Assembly: GCA_965248575.1 (NCBI GenBank)
Contig: CBDFJQ010000002.1
Location: 1,184,001-1,248,000, forward strand
DNA: 64,000 nt
Direction of reading: 5' to 3'
Source: Planctomycetota bacterium
GTDB lineage: Bacteria > Planctomycetota > B15-G4
The number at the start of each line of letters is the position of its first letter. Positions within the stretch are counted from its first letter, which is position 1. The position numbers and the translations under genes are program-made. The notes beneath the pieces are model-generated. The model did no database searches, had not been told where the DNA came from, and worked only from the letters and a program-made list of their open reading frames with translations. Shown here in pieces: positions 1-8,957 of this stretch.

Positions 1-238
1 TGCGGCGCGCAACCATCAGCTTCGTGCCCACGCCATCCGTGCTCGAAACGAGCACGGGCTCCTTCATGTCGCCGAAATCTGCCTTGAACAGCGCGCCGAA
101 GCTGCCCAGGCCCGTCAACACCCGGGGGTCGGTGTGGGTGGCTGCGGCCATCTCGCCCACACCCTTGAGGGCATTGGTCACGGAGTCGATGTCGACCCCC
201 GCGTCCTTGTAAGTCAGGGAAGACTTCTCGGCTACCAT
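1..238 (-). CDS. purM: Phosphoribosylformylglycinamidine cyclo-ligase (AIR synthase), 5' part; runs off the window's left edge
   Basis: Not in the ORF track. My translation from ATG at 238 gives MVAEKSSLTYKDAGVDID...GLGSFGALF...EPVLVSSTDGVGTKL, the PurM N-terminal signatures (YKDAGVD, STDGVGTK). Confidence 0.93.
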   Translation of the reverse strand, partial: MVAEKSSLTYKDAGVDIDSVTNALKGVGEMAAATHTDPRVLTGLGSFGALFKADFGDMKEPVLVSSTDGVGTKLMVARR

Positions 239-738
239 TCTCGCGACTCTCCGGTCCGCAGCCTCTCAAGCACGGTGCGGTTGTTGGCAAAAGCGATGTC
301 TCGGGGCAGGGCGTCCAGCGACATCCAAGCCACCTCCGAGCATTCATCTCCGGGTTCCAGCTCTCCGTCCATCTCGACTCCGTCATAGACGACCAAGAGG
401 GACGGCTTGCGCGGATCATCCGGAGTCGTGAACACGTCCACCAGCCCTGTCAGCTGAACGATGAGTCCGGTCTCCTCCCGGACCTCCCTCACAGCCGCCG
501 TCTCGATGGTCTCGTCCACTTCCTGATAGCCCGCGGGCAGGGCCCACAAACCAGCATAGGGCTCGATGCTGCGCCGGCAGAGCAGGACCTCCCGATCTCT
601 GCGGACCACCACTGCGGCCGCAGGCACCGGGTTCTCCCAGGCGATGTGGCCACAGTCCGGACACGTCTGTCGCGGCCGACCATCCAGCTCCTGGGAGACC
701 AGCCCTGTGCCGCAAACGATGCAGAATCGAGGTTGCAT
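232..738 (-). CDS. NUDIX hydrolase with N-terminal zinc ribbon
   Basis: CIVC...CPDC zinc ribbon; Nudix box GYQEVDETIETAAVREVREETGL; overlaps the purM start by 7 nt. Confidence 0.9.
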   Translation of the reverse strand: MQPRFCIVCGTGLVSQELDGRPRQTCPDCGHIAWENPVPAAAVVVRRDREVLLCRRSIEPYAGLWALPAGYQEVDETIETAAVREVREETGLIVQLTGLVDVFTTPDDPRKPSLLVVYDGVEMDGELEPGDECSEVAWMSLDALPRDIAFANNRTVLERLRTGESREW

Positions 739-786
739 CAGGCGGAGGATAACAGAGTGCCGTCCGGGCTATACTCGCCAGCATCT

Positions 787-1950
787 ATGGCCAAACGCGT
801 CCTCGTCCTCGGTTCCACAGGCTCCGTCGGGAAGCAATCCCTCGACGTGCTTTCCAGTCTCGGCCCCACCCATCAGGTGGTCGGTCTCTCCGCCCACAGC
901 TCGGTGGAGGGCCTGCTGGCACAGGCTCACGACGTCCACCCCGAGGCCATCTGCCTTGCTGATGAAACGGCCGCCAGGGCAGCCGAGGCGGCGGGCGGCC
1001 TGCCAAACGGATGCCGCCTGCTGAGAGGTGCCGACGGGCTCATGGAATTGGTGGAGTCCACCCAGCCCGATGTGGTCGTCTGCTCCATCACCGGGGCAGC
1101 AGGGCTCAGGTCGACCTTGGCAGCAGCTGCCTCGGGTGCTGTGGTCGCCCTGGCCAACAAGGAAAGCCTGGTGCTCGCCGGGCATCTGGTGAAACGCGCC
1201 TGCGCCGAGTCCGGCTCCGTGCTCGTGCCCGTGGACAGCGAGCACTCTGCCATCGCCCAGTGCCTGCGTGGCCAGGATCTCGCCGGCGTGCGCAGGCTGG
1301 TGCTCACCGCTTCGGGAGGCCCCTTCCGCGGCTGGGACCGTGAGGCCCTCAAGTCCGTGACCATCGAGCAAGCGCTCAAGCACCCCTCCTGGGAAATGGG
1401 CCCCCGCATCACCATCGACAGCGCCACTCTGATGAACAAGGGCCTCGAGATCATCGAGGCCTGCCACCTGTTCGACACGCCGGTGGATCGGGTCGAGGTC
1501 GTCGTCCACCCCCAGAGCATCATCCACTCGATGGTGGAGTACATCGATGGGGCGCTGCTGGCGCAGCTCAGTCAGCCGGACATGCGCCTCCCCATCCGCT
1601 ACGCCCTTGGCTATCCCGATCGCATTCCGAACCCTGAGGGCGCGGCGGACCTGAGTCGGCTGGGCGGGCTCAGCTTCGAGTCCCCCGACCGCGAGACCTT
1701 CCGCTGCCTGGCCCTGGCCGAGCGCGCGGCACGCGACGGAGGCCTCTCCGGGACCATCCTGAACGCCGCCAACGAAGTGGCGGTCGAGGCCTTCCTGGCC
1801 GGGCGCATCCCGTTCCTCGAGATCCCGGATGTGGTCGAGAACGCCCTCGACGCCTTCGCTCCTCAACTCGAGCCCGACCTTGCGTCGATCCTTGAGACCG
1901 ATGCCGCCGTGCGCCTGCACGCAAGCGCGACCCTTCAACCAACTCCCTGA
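787..1950 (+). CDS. dxr: 1-deoxy-D-xylulose-5-phosphate reductoisomerase
   Basis: LGSTGSVG, LANKESLV, PVDSEHSAI, LTASGGPFR, HPSWEMGPRITIDSATLMNKGLE, NAANEVAV motifs; start moved to ATG 787. Confidence 0.97.
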   Translation: MAKRVLVLGSTGSVGKQSLDVLSSLGPTHQVVGLSAHSSVEGLLAQAHDVHPEAICLADETAARAAEAAGGLPNGCRLLRGADGLMELVESTQPDVVVCSITGAAGLRSTLAAAASGAVVALANKESLVLAGHLVKRACAESGSVLVPVDSEHSAIAQCLRGQDLAGVRRLVLTASGGPFRGWDREALKSVTIEQALKHPSWEMGPRITIDSATLMNKGLEIIEACHLFDTPVDRVEVVVHPQSIIHSMVEYIDGALLAQLSQPDMRLPIRYALGYPDRIPNPEGAADLSRLGGLSFESPDRETFRCLALAERAARDGGLSGTILNAANEVAVEAFLAGRIPFLEIPDVVENALDAFAPQLEPDLASILETDAAVRLHASATLQPTP

Positions 1951-1992
1951 GAAAGATCGGCCCGCACGTTGCAAGGGCCCTTCATCGCCAAC

Positions 1993-3834
1993 ATGTCCGA
2001 ACTCGTTGCCAACGCTGGCACCATCCTGCTGGCCGTCCTGGGCATCAGCCTGCTCATCTTCGTTCACGAAGCGGGGCACTTCCTGGCCGCACGCTTGTTC
2101 AAGGTGCGCGTTGAGACCTTCTCGCTTGGCTTCGGCCCACGCATCTTCGGCATGCAACGCGGTGATACGGAGTACCGCGTTTCGGCGATTCCGCTGGGTG
2201 GCTACGTCAAGATGGCGGGCGAGTACAGCGACTTCATGGAGGATGGGGACCGCGTCCTCGATGAGGACGACCTGAACAGCAAACCCATCTGGCAGCGATT
2301 CATCATCTTTGCCGCCGGTCCGGCAGTGAACTTCCTGCTGGCCTTCTTGCTGTTCCCGATCGGGTTTGCCAGCGGTGCTCCCTTCGTGGCCCCCATCGTG
2401 GGAGACATCACCCAAGGCGGAGCCGCCTGGAGTGCAGGGCTGCAAACGGGGGACCAGGTGGTCTCGATCAACGGCAACCGCGTCTATGGCTTCACCGACG
2501 TCGCGCTTGAGATCGCGCTGAGCGACCCCGACAACACCAGCGCGATCATTCGCCGCGATGGCCGGGAGTTCAGCCAGGACTTCGAGCTGCTGCACAACGA
2601 AAGCCAGGGTCGCTACGACCTGGGCATCAGACCTCACCAGCTCCCCGTCCTACGCCTGGCTGAGGGAGGCTCCGCCGAAAACGCCGGCCTCCAAGCGGGG
2701 GACATCCTCGTCGGTGTTGAAGACCTCCGTGTTGGCAGCATGGAGGACGGCAAGCTGGTCTCGCCGTCCCAGTGCCTCATCTCGATCTTCAACCGCTCCG
2801 ACGCAGTCACCGTGCATGTGGAGCGCGACGGCCGGGCCCTGAGCTTCGTGATGGAGCCGGAATCAGTCGAGCTCGAGAACCCCAAACCCCAGCTGGGCGC
2901 CTGGCCCGCCGCCACGCGCGTTGGTGGCTTGCGCCAACTCGCCTCCCAGGCCGGCTTCCCCCTCAAGGAAGGGGACCTCGTCGAGCACGTGAACGGCGTT
3001 GAAGTGATGACGGGCGAATCGATCCGGAAGGTCCTGAGAGACACTCCCGATGCGCTGCAAACAGCCTTCCGTATCCGGCGTGACGGGGCCAGCATGAACA
3101 TCACCCTCGGCACCGACGACCTCGCCGCCATCCTTGCCCGGGACGTGATCTTCGCCCAGGACATCCAGGGTCCGCTTCGCATCCAACCCGTGGCCGGTGG
3201 GTCGCTCTTGGCCGCTGGCATGCAGGACGGCGATCTCATCGTTGCCCTCAACGGGCAATCCCTCGACAACTTCGCCGATCTCCAGAAGCTCGTGGGCGAC
3301 CACCCCGAGCAGGTGGACTATCGCGTGGAGTTCTTGCGTGCCGGCGAACAGGAGAAACGCGAAGTCTCTGTACGCGCCCACCCCCTGCCCGCCTACCAAT
3401 TCGGATTGAGCTCGACGACCCACGAGGTGGTCTACGACTTCGACTTCGCAGGAAACATGAAGGCCGGTCTCGATTCCTCCATCAACTCCATTCGGCAGAC
3501 GGGACTGACCCTCGCCAAGCTCTTCACCGGCGAGGTGGGAACGGAAAACCTGGGTGGTCCGCTGGCCATCTCCGTCATCACCTACGAAGCCGCCAAGTGG
3601 AGCTTCGCCAAGCTGCTCATGTTCCTTGCAGCACTCTCGGTCAACCTCGGCTTCATCAACAGCCTGCCGATCCCGGTCCTGGACGGCGGACAAATCGTCT
3701 TCCTGCTGTGCGAGAAGGCCAAGGGCAGCCGGCTCTCTGAACGGTTCATGCAGAACGCCCAGCTCGCAGGTTTCGTGGCGATCCTGGCGCTCATGGTGTA
3801 CGTGACCATCAACGACTTCGTGCGCTTCACCTGA
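1993..3834 (+). CDS. rseP: RIP (site-2) metalloprotease RseP with multiple PDZ domains
   Basis: HEAGH zinc motif, IPLGGYVKM, AGPAVN, C-terminal NSLPIPVLDGG; canonical position after dxr; several PDZ-like AxxAGLxxGD segments. Confidence 0.93.
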   Translation: MSELVANAGTILLAVLGISLLIFVHEAGHFLAARLFKVRVETFSLGFGPRIFGMQRGDTEYRVSAIPLGGYVKMAGEYSDFMEDGDRVLDEDDLNSKPIWQRFIIFAAGPAVNFLLAFLLFPIGFASGAPFVAPIVGDITQGGAAWSAGLQTGDQVVSINGNRVYGFTDVALEIALSDPDNTSAIIRRDGREFSQDFELLHNESQGRYDLGIRPHQLPVLRLAEGGSAENAGLQAGDILVGVEDLRVGSMEDGKLVSPSQCLISIFNRSDAVTVHVERDGRALSFVMEPESVELENPKPQLGAWPAATRVGGLRQLASQAGFPLKEGDLVEHVNGVEVMTGESIRKVLRDTPDALQTAFRIRRDGASMNITLGTDDLAAILARDVIFAQDIQGPLRIQPVAGGSLLAAGMQDGDLIVALNGQSLDNFADLQKLVGDHPEQVDYRVEFLRAGEQEKREVSVRAHPLPAYQFGLSSTTHEVVYDFDFAGNMKAGLDSSINSIRQTGLTLAKLFTGEVGTENLGGPLAISVITYEAAKWSFAKLLMFLAALSVNLGFINSLPIPVLDGGQIVFLLCEKAKGSRLSERFMQNAQLAGFVAILALMVYVTINDFVRFT

Positions 3835-4862
3835 TGGACGAGCGGGCGGGCGACACTGTCGCTTCGGAGCGGGCCCCACGACCCACTGCGCATTTTGGTG
3901 TGATGGCCCTGCTGGAGGTCTTGCGCGCCCCCCTGTTGCTCTCCCCCTGTTCGGATGTGCTGGCCGGCTGGGCACTTGCAACCGCAGCGGGGCTCCGGGC
4001 CCCGACAGCTTCGGGCCAGCCCTCTTCATCCGCGACCTCGCTTGCGGTGGGCCTCGCTTGCGGGGTGCTGCTCCTGGCTGCAGGGATGGCGCAAAACGCT
4101 TTGGCGGACAGGCGCGACGACGAGCAGCGAAAGCCCGAGCGCCCCTTGCCTCGGGGTGCCGTCCGGCTCCAGACGGTGCGGCTGACGTTCGCTGCGTGCA
4201 CCCTCGCCGCGCTCGGCTTGAGCGCACTCGCTCCGGGTCTACCCTGGGTGGTGGCGAGCATCGTGGTGCTCACGGCCAGCTACCATTACGTGTTGAAGCC
4301 ACACCGCCTCGCCGGCTGCCTGGCCCTGGGCGGCCTGCGTGGGCTCGACATGCTGATCGGCGTGGCTGCCGCGGCAGGCGGCCTGGCCGTGTACGGCAAT
4401 GGCTTGGTGCAGAGGATGAGCTTTGGCGACCTCAGCACGATCTCTGCGTCGGGTTTTCCGCTCATCGGGTGCACCCTCTACGGCCTCTACATCGCCTCAG
4501 CCTCCCTGCACGCTTCCACCGATGACGCCGCGCCGGAACACCGCTCCAGCTTGCGCCCTTGGAGCACTCTCGGGCTGAGCCTCTGCGCGCTGTGCCTGAT
4601 CAGCTTCGGAGTCATCAGCGCACGCGCCATGGAACCTAGCCATGCAACACTCGCCAGCCTGCTCTTCGCCTACGCCCTCCTGCGCCTGGTCCGGGCCTGG
4701 CAGCGTTTGCCGCCTCCACCCCTGACCGGGGTCGCCCTGTCGACCATGTATCTCATCGGCGCCGGCCTGTGCCTGGGAACGGGCCAGCTTGTTGAAGGCG
4801 CCTTGGTCCTCGCCCTCTTCTGGGCTTCCAAGCGATTGATGCGGGTGTTCCCCCCGAGCTGA
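3834..4862 (+). CDS. UbiA-family prenyltransferase, EboC-like
   Basis: Multi-TM; NALADRRDDEQRKPERPLPRG (UbiA first motif plus RPLPxG), YHYVLK, GGLRGLDMLIG; TGATG overlap with rseP. Confidence 0.72.
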   Translation: MDERAGDTVASERAPRPTAHFGVMALLEVLRAPLLLSPCSDVLAGWALATAAGLRAPTASGQPSSSATSLAVGLACGVLLLAAGMAQNALADRRDDEQRKPERPLPRGAVRLQTVRLTFAACTLAALGLSALAPGLPWVVASIVVLTASYHYVLKPHRLAGCLALGGLRGLDMLIGVAAAAGGLAVYGNGLVQRMSFGDLSTISASGFPLIGCTLYGLYIASASLHASTDDAAPEHRSSLRPWSTLGLSLCALCLISFGVISARAMEPSHATLASLLFAYALLRLVRAWQRLPPPPLTGVALSTMYLIGAGLCLGTGQLVEGALVLALFWASKRLMRVFPPS

Positions 4863-4907
4863 GCAGCGGCTGTGTTGGCAGCTGTCCGAACGGCCGCGCA
4901 GGAACCC

Positions 4908-6251
4908 TCAGGAATCCTGCTGCTCGAGACACCGCCGCAGCCACTGCATGGCGGATTCCCGGTCGGGGAGCTGCCCTTCGAGCTGAAGGTCTGCCACCTC
5001 GCGCAGCAACCTACCCACCTCAGGCCCCGCAGGCACACCCAGGCTCAACACATCACGGCCCACGACCAGCGGCTCTGGAATCAGCGCTTCCTGTTCCAGC
5101 TGGGCATGCATGGCTTCGATGGCTGGCAAGGCGCTCAGCTGGCCGTGACAGGCCGCGCAGTCCGCCCGGTAGAGCTGCATCAACTCTTCAAAGTGCTCCT
5201 GGGCCATGAAGCGACGCAAGGTCGCGGCACGCATCTTGGGAACATTCATGAACTGAAGGTGGTCGTTCACCAGGGCCACCACACGGCGGGTCGAAACCTT
5301 GCTGAGTTTCAGCCGGGCACAGATGCCTTCGGCCATCTCCGCTCCGAGCTCCACGTGCCCGTCGAAGCGGATGCGGTCCGGACCGACCACGAAGGTGGGC
5401 GGCTTGCCCACATCGTGCAACAAGGTGCCGAGGCCCAGCTCGGGGCTGACGGTGGCGGGCCCCAGGGCTTCCATGGCCATGAGCGTGTGGATCCACACAT
5501 CCCCTTCGGGATGAAACTCCGGTGGTTGCTCCACCCCGTGCATGGCCGAGATCTCCGGCAGGATCAACGGCAGCAATTCGAGCTCGTCCAGCAATTCCAC
5601 TGCGCGACGTCTGCCGCCCGGCCCCAACATCTTGAACAGCTCCTCGCGCACTCGTTCCCCGGAGATCCGTTCCAAACCCGAGGCGCCCGCACGCATGGCC
5701 AGGGCCGTGCCGGCTTCGATCTGGAAGCCGAACATGCTTGCAAAACGCACACCGCGCAGCAGCCGGAGGCTGTCTTCCTGGAATCGTTGCGTGGGATCGC
5801 CGATGGCTCGCACGACCCCTGCCTCCAGGTCAGCGAGCCCGCCCACGAGGTCCTGGACCTCGCCCGTGAAAGGGTCCTCCACCAGGCCGTTGATGGTGAA
5901 GTCCCGTCGCTGGACATCCTGCTCCAGGCTGGCGGGCTCGATGCGTTCGGGATGACGCCCGTCTGCCATGCCGATGTCGGTTCGGAACGTGGCCACGTCA
6001 TAACCCACGCCACCCACGACGACCTTCACGACACCGAAAGACTCGCCCACGGGCACCGTGCGCTCGAACAAGGCCATGACCTCGGATGCAGAGGCCGAGC
6101 TGGCGATATCGATATCTCCACCCGAGCGCCCCAAGCGGGCGTCGCGAACCGCGCCCCCGGCAAAGACAACCTGGTGCCCCGCAGCGCTCAGCACGCGGGC
6201 GATCTGAACGGCATCCGCGCGCTTGTTTGGCTTGGGTGAGCTGGAACTCAT
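4908..6251 (-). CDS. cca: CCA tRNA nucleotidyltransferase with HD domain
   Basis: GGAVRD, DIDIA, VATFR-x-DGRHP loop, RRDFTING, RFQEDSLRLLR, ISGERVREE, HPEGDVWIHT, LLHDVGKP. Confidence 0.9.
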   Translation of the reverse strand: MSSSSPKPNKRADAVQIARVLSAAGHQVVFAGGAVRDARLGRSGGDIDIASSASASEVMALFERTVPVGESFGVVKVVVGGVGYDVATFRTDIGMADGRHPERIEPASLEQDVQRRDFTINGLVEDPFTGEVQDLVGGLADLEAGVVRAIGDPTQRFQEDSLRLLRGVRFASMFGFQIEAGTALAMRAGASGLERISGERVREELFKMLGPGGRRRAVELLDELELLPLILPEISAMHGVEQPPEFHPEGDVWIHTLMAMEALGPATVSPELGLGTLLHDVGKPPTFVVGPDRIRFDGHVELGAEMAEGICARLKLSKVSTRRVVALVNDHLQFMNVPKMRAATLRRFMAQEHFEELMQLYRADCAACHGQLSALPAIEAMHAQLEQEALIPEPLVVGRDVLSLGVPAGPEVGRLLREVADLQLEGQLPDRESAMQWLRRCLEQQDS

Positions 6252-6328
6252 CCGAACACACCCGCGGAAACAAGCTCTGCCATCGCGCGGCTGCTACCAT
6301 GCCGTTCCCTCTCGGAGGCACGGTCCCG

Positions 6329-6889
6329 GTGTCGCGTTTCTACGGAAGCTTGCTGCTCATCCTGCTGCTGGCCGGTGGCTTCGGACTGCGACATCGTTCG
6401 CTTCAACGCACCGCTCGCATCTTCGAGGGCGAGGCCCGTGCGGAAGCGCGTCTGCAGGACCTGGCAGGAACGTTCCAGCGGGAGTTTCAAGCGGACGTCT
6501 CCCCTGCCAAGCGCCTGGCCAGCCTGGGCAGGCAAGTGGGGCTCACACCGCTGCAGGGCACGGGGGACGACAGCAGCGCCTTTGCCCAAGACAACTTCTA
6601 CGTCTACGGGCTTGGGTTGACGAGCGTCGTCGACAGCAAGACCGGCCGGCACCGGCCCTCCTGGGCCCTGCGCGCCTGGCCTCGCCAGTTTGGAGTGACC
6701 GGCGACCTTGAGTATCACGTCAACGACCGAGGCGTGCTCTGGCATGGACAGAATGAGGTCGGGCGCAGCGGCACGGATGCGGGCTTCCCGCCCAGCTTCT
6801 CCAAGCGCGAATTCGAGGACTCGAAACAGAAGTCCTGGTGGCGTCCCGATCGCGGCCTGACCGACGACACCGACAGCAATCACAAGTAG
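6329..6889 (+). CDS. Hypothetical membrane-anchored protein, DUF2950/pseudopilin-like C-terminal motif
   Basis: GGAGG at 6314-6318 before GTG 6329; N-terminal hydrophobic helix; AWPRQFGVTGDLEYHVNDRG resembles the AWPxxYGxTGxxxFxVNxxG motif of DUF2950-like proteins. Confidence 0.55.
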   Translation: MSRFYGSLLLILLLAGGFGLRHRSLQRTARIFEGEARAEARLQDLAGTFQREFQADVSPAKRLASLGRQVGLTPLQGTGDDSSAFAQDNFYVYGLGLTSVVDSKTGRHRPSWALRAWPRQFGVTGDLEYHVNDRGVLWHGQNEVGRSGTDAGFPPSFSKREFEDSKQKSWWRPDRGLTDDTDSNHK

Positions 6890-8544
6890 TTCCAGAACAA
6901 GAGATAGGAGCGCTGCCGGACACGCTCATCGTTGGAAGCCGTGGCAACGCGCCGCAGGGCTCCCGCACGATCCCCGCCCACGACCCGCACCAGGGAGTCC
7001 AGGGCGTGCTGGCGCACGACGGGGTCGAGGCCTTCGTTCGCAGCGATCTGCTCCAGCAGCGGGACCGCCCCTGCCCCCCCGATTTGCGAGGCCACGAACA
7101 CGAACAGCCCCGCGCCCCGGTCGGTGTCTACGGATCGGGCTAGGAGCTGCAGGGCAGGATCCCCCACCTTCACCAGCTGATTGATCAGTTCGAGGGAGGA
7201 GCCCCCCTCCGTGGCGTCGCTGACGAGGCGAACCAGCAGTTCGGCGCCACGCAGCGGATCGATCCCCGCGAGCAACCGACACAGAAGCAGCCGGTCCATC
7301 GGGAGTAGATCCGGCTGGGAAAGGCGGTCGAACGCCAGGTCGGCAAAGGGGGCCCCCAGCTTGCCGCCGGCCCGCTCGATGCGTTCGACCGTCTGGCTGA
7401 GGTAGGGGCCGCTGGCCGACTGCAGCTCGGCACGGGTGCGCTCCACGCCCCAGGGGTGCCCCATGGCGAACAGCAGATCCAGGGACTCGACTTGCGAGGA
7501 GTGGGTCGGGTCCTGGGCCATGCGCTCAATGAGTTCCACCGCCTCCGGCGCCCCCTCATGCCCCGAGTTGATGGCCAGATCCAAGACGGCCAAGAGCAAC
7601 AAACAAGGTGTGCGCTGACCGACCTCGACCAGATCCCGCCAATGGCTCTGGCCCACGACCTGCCGGGAGTTCGCCGCCATGTGCAGCGCGTTGATCCGCG
7701 TCGCCATGTCGTCGCTGCCCATCATCGACTCGAGCTGGGATGTGGCCTCTGCGTCCCCCAGCGAGACCAGCACCCCCAGAGCCGTCACGCTGTTGGAATA
7801 GGAGCTCAGCTCTTCGATCCGGCGCAGCGCGGACAGGACTCGCCCGTTGGCCTCAACGTCCTCCAGGGCCCGGATGTAGCGCAGCTCGGGCAAGTGCGGC
7901 TGCAACTCCATGTCCTCCAACATGTAGGCCAGGGCCTCCTCATCCCCCCGACGGACCCGGGACACGAGGGCCTTTCGCGCCACATCCCGCACTTCCAGGT
8001 CCTCGTCCCGGCGGCGCTCGAGAATGGCACCCAGGGCCTCCTGGGAGCGGTGTTCCCCCAAGGCCTTGAGCGCTGCCTTCGCCACCAGGCCACTGGGAGA
8101 AAGCGCCCGGCGCGTCAGCTCCTCCACCACACCCGGGGTGTTTTCACCGTCGTGGACCAGCAGAGCCACGAGCTTCGAGATGTGGATGATGTCGTGATCC
8201 GGCAGGGCGTCCAGGCGCGAGAGCACCTCCTGGGCGAATCCCGTCCCATGGGCCTCCAAGGCCCGGATCGAGGCCCGGATCGAGTCGTGGCTGCCCCAGG
8301 AGACGCGGTCCAGCGAACGCAGGACCTCGTCCTGGCCCCCCCTCTGCTTCACCCAGGACGGAGGATCCAGCAATTCCAGGCGCGGAAGGCCTTGGAGGGC
8401 CCCCGCCACATCGGCCCCCATGGCCGTGGATCCTGGCAGCAGGAAGGCGCCGCTGGGCCCCACCCCTGAGTCCCGTTTGGGCATCAGGAACACGAGCCCA
8501 AGCAGGAGCGCGATGACGAAGGCTGGGATCAGGGAGGTGCGCAT
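6880..8544 (-). CDS. Membrane-anchored HEAT/ARM-repeat-like hypothetical protein
   Basis: 554-aa ORF with N-terminal TM segment and repeated helical units (AALKALG, EDLEVRDVARKAL, DPVVRQHALDSL). Confidence 0.65.
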   Translation of the reverse strand: MRTSLIPAFVIALLLGLVFLMPKRDSGVGPSGAFLLPGSTAMGADVAGALQGLPRLELLDPPSWVKQRGGQDEVLRSLDRVSWGSHDSIRASIRALEAHGTGFAQEVLSRLDALPDHDIIHISKLVALLVHDGENTPGVVEELTRRALSPSGLVAKAALKALGEHRSQEALGAILERRRDEDLEVRDVARKALVSRVRRGDEEALAYMLEDMELQPHLPELRYIRALEDVEANGRVLSALRRIEELSSYSNSVTALGVLVSLGDAEATSQLESMMGSDDMATRINALHMAANSRQVVGQSHWRDLVEVGQRTPCLLLLAVLDLAINSGHEGAPEAVELIERMAQDPTHSSQVESLDLLFAMGHPWGVERTRAELQSASGPYLSQTVERIERAGGKLGAPFADLAFDRLSQPDLLPMDRLLLCRLLAGIDPLRGAELLVRLVSDATEGGSSLELINQLVKVGDPALQLLARSVDTDRGAGLFVFVASQIGGAGAVPLLEQIAANEGLDPVVRQHALDSLVRVVGGDRAGALRRVATASNDERVRQRSYLLFWNYL

Positions 8545-8625
8545 GGCATGACTGGAGGGGAGATCGGTCAGTGTAGCGTCGGGGCCACCCCCGTTGCCTC
8601 AGCAGACTCCTGGTGTATCCCTACT

Positions 8626-8654
8626 TTGACACTCCCCGGGGGCCTTGATACTTT
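8626..8654 (+). promoter_or_regulatory. Sigma70-type promoter with extended -10
   Basis: TTGACA (8626-8631), 17-bp spacer, TGn-TACTTT (8646-8654); lies upstream of RBS GAGGA (8671-8675) and ATG 8683. Confidence 0.7.
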
Positions 8655-8682
8655 CGTGCCCCCCGAAACAGAGGATGACGAC

Positions 8683-8913
8683 ATGATTCCCAAGTTGGTC
8701 CGCCGTTCCGCAGTCGCGCTCGCCCTTCTCGCGTTCACGACGGGATGCCTGACGCCGTTCTCCGATCACGGCCAGGATGTGCGCGATGCCTGGGCCCGCA
8801 AGGGCAACAATGCGCACCGCCGCTGGGACAAGTACATCCTCGATCTCGACTGGGATGATCCTCGCATCGACTGGGCAGACGAGTCGTACGCGACGGGCCC
8901 GATGCACCGCTGA
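8683..8913 (+). CDS. Small lipoprotein (76 aa)
   Basis: RBS plus promoter; basic N-terminus, hydrophobic stretch and lipobox-like TTG-C; Trp/Asp-rich C-terminus. Confidence 0.7.
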   Translation: MIPKLVRRSAVALALLAFTTGCLTPFSDHGQDVRDAWARKGNNAHRRWDKYILDLDWDDPRIDWADESYATGPMHR

Positions 8914-8957
8914 GACCTGGGCCGCTAAGAGGCCTCTCTCAGCCCGAACAGGTGCCC

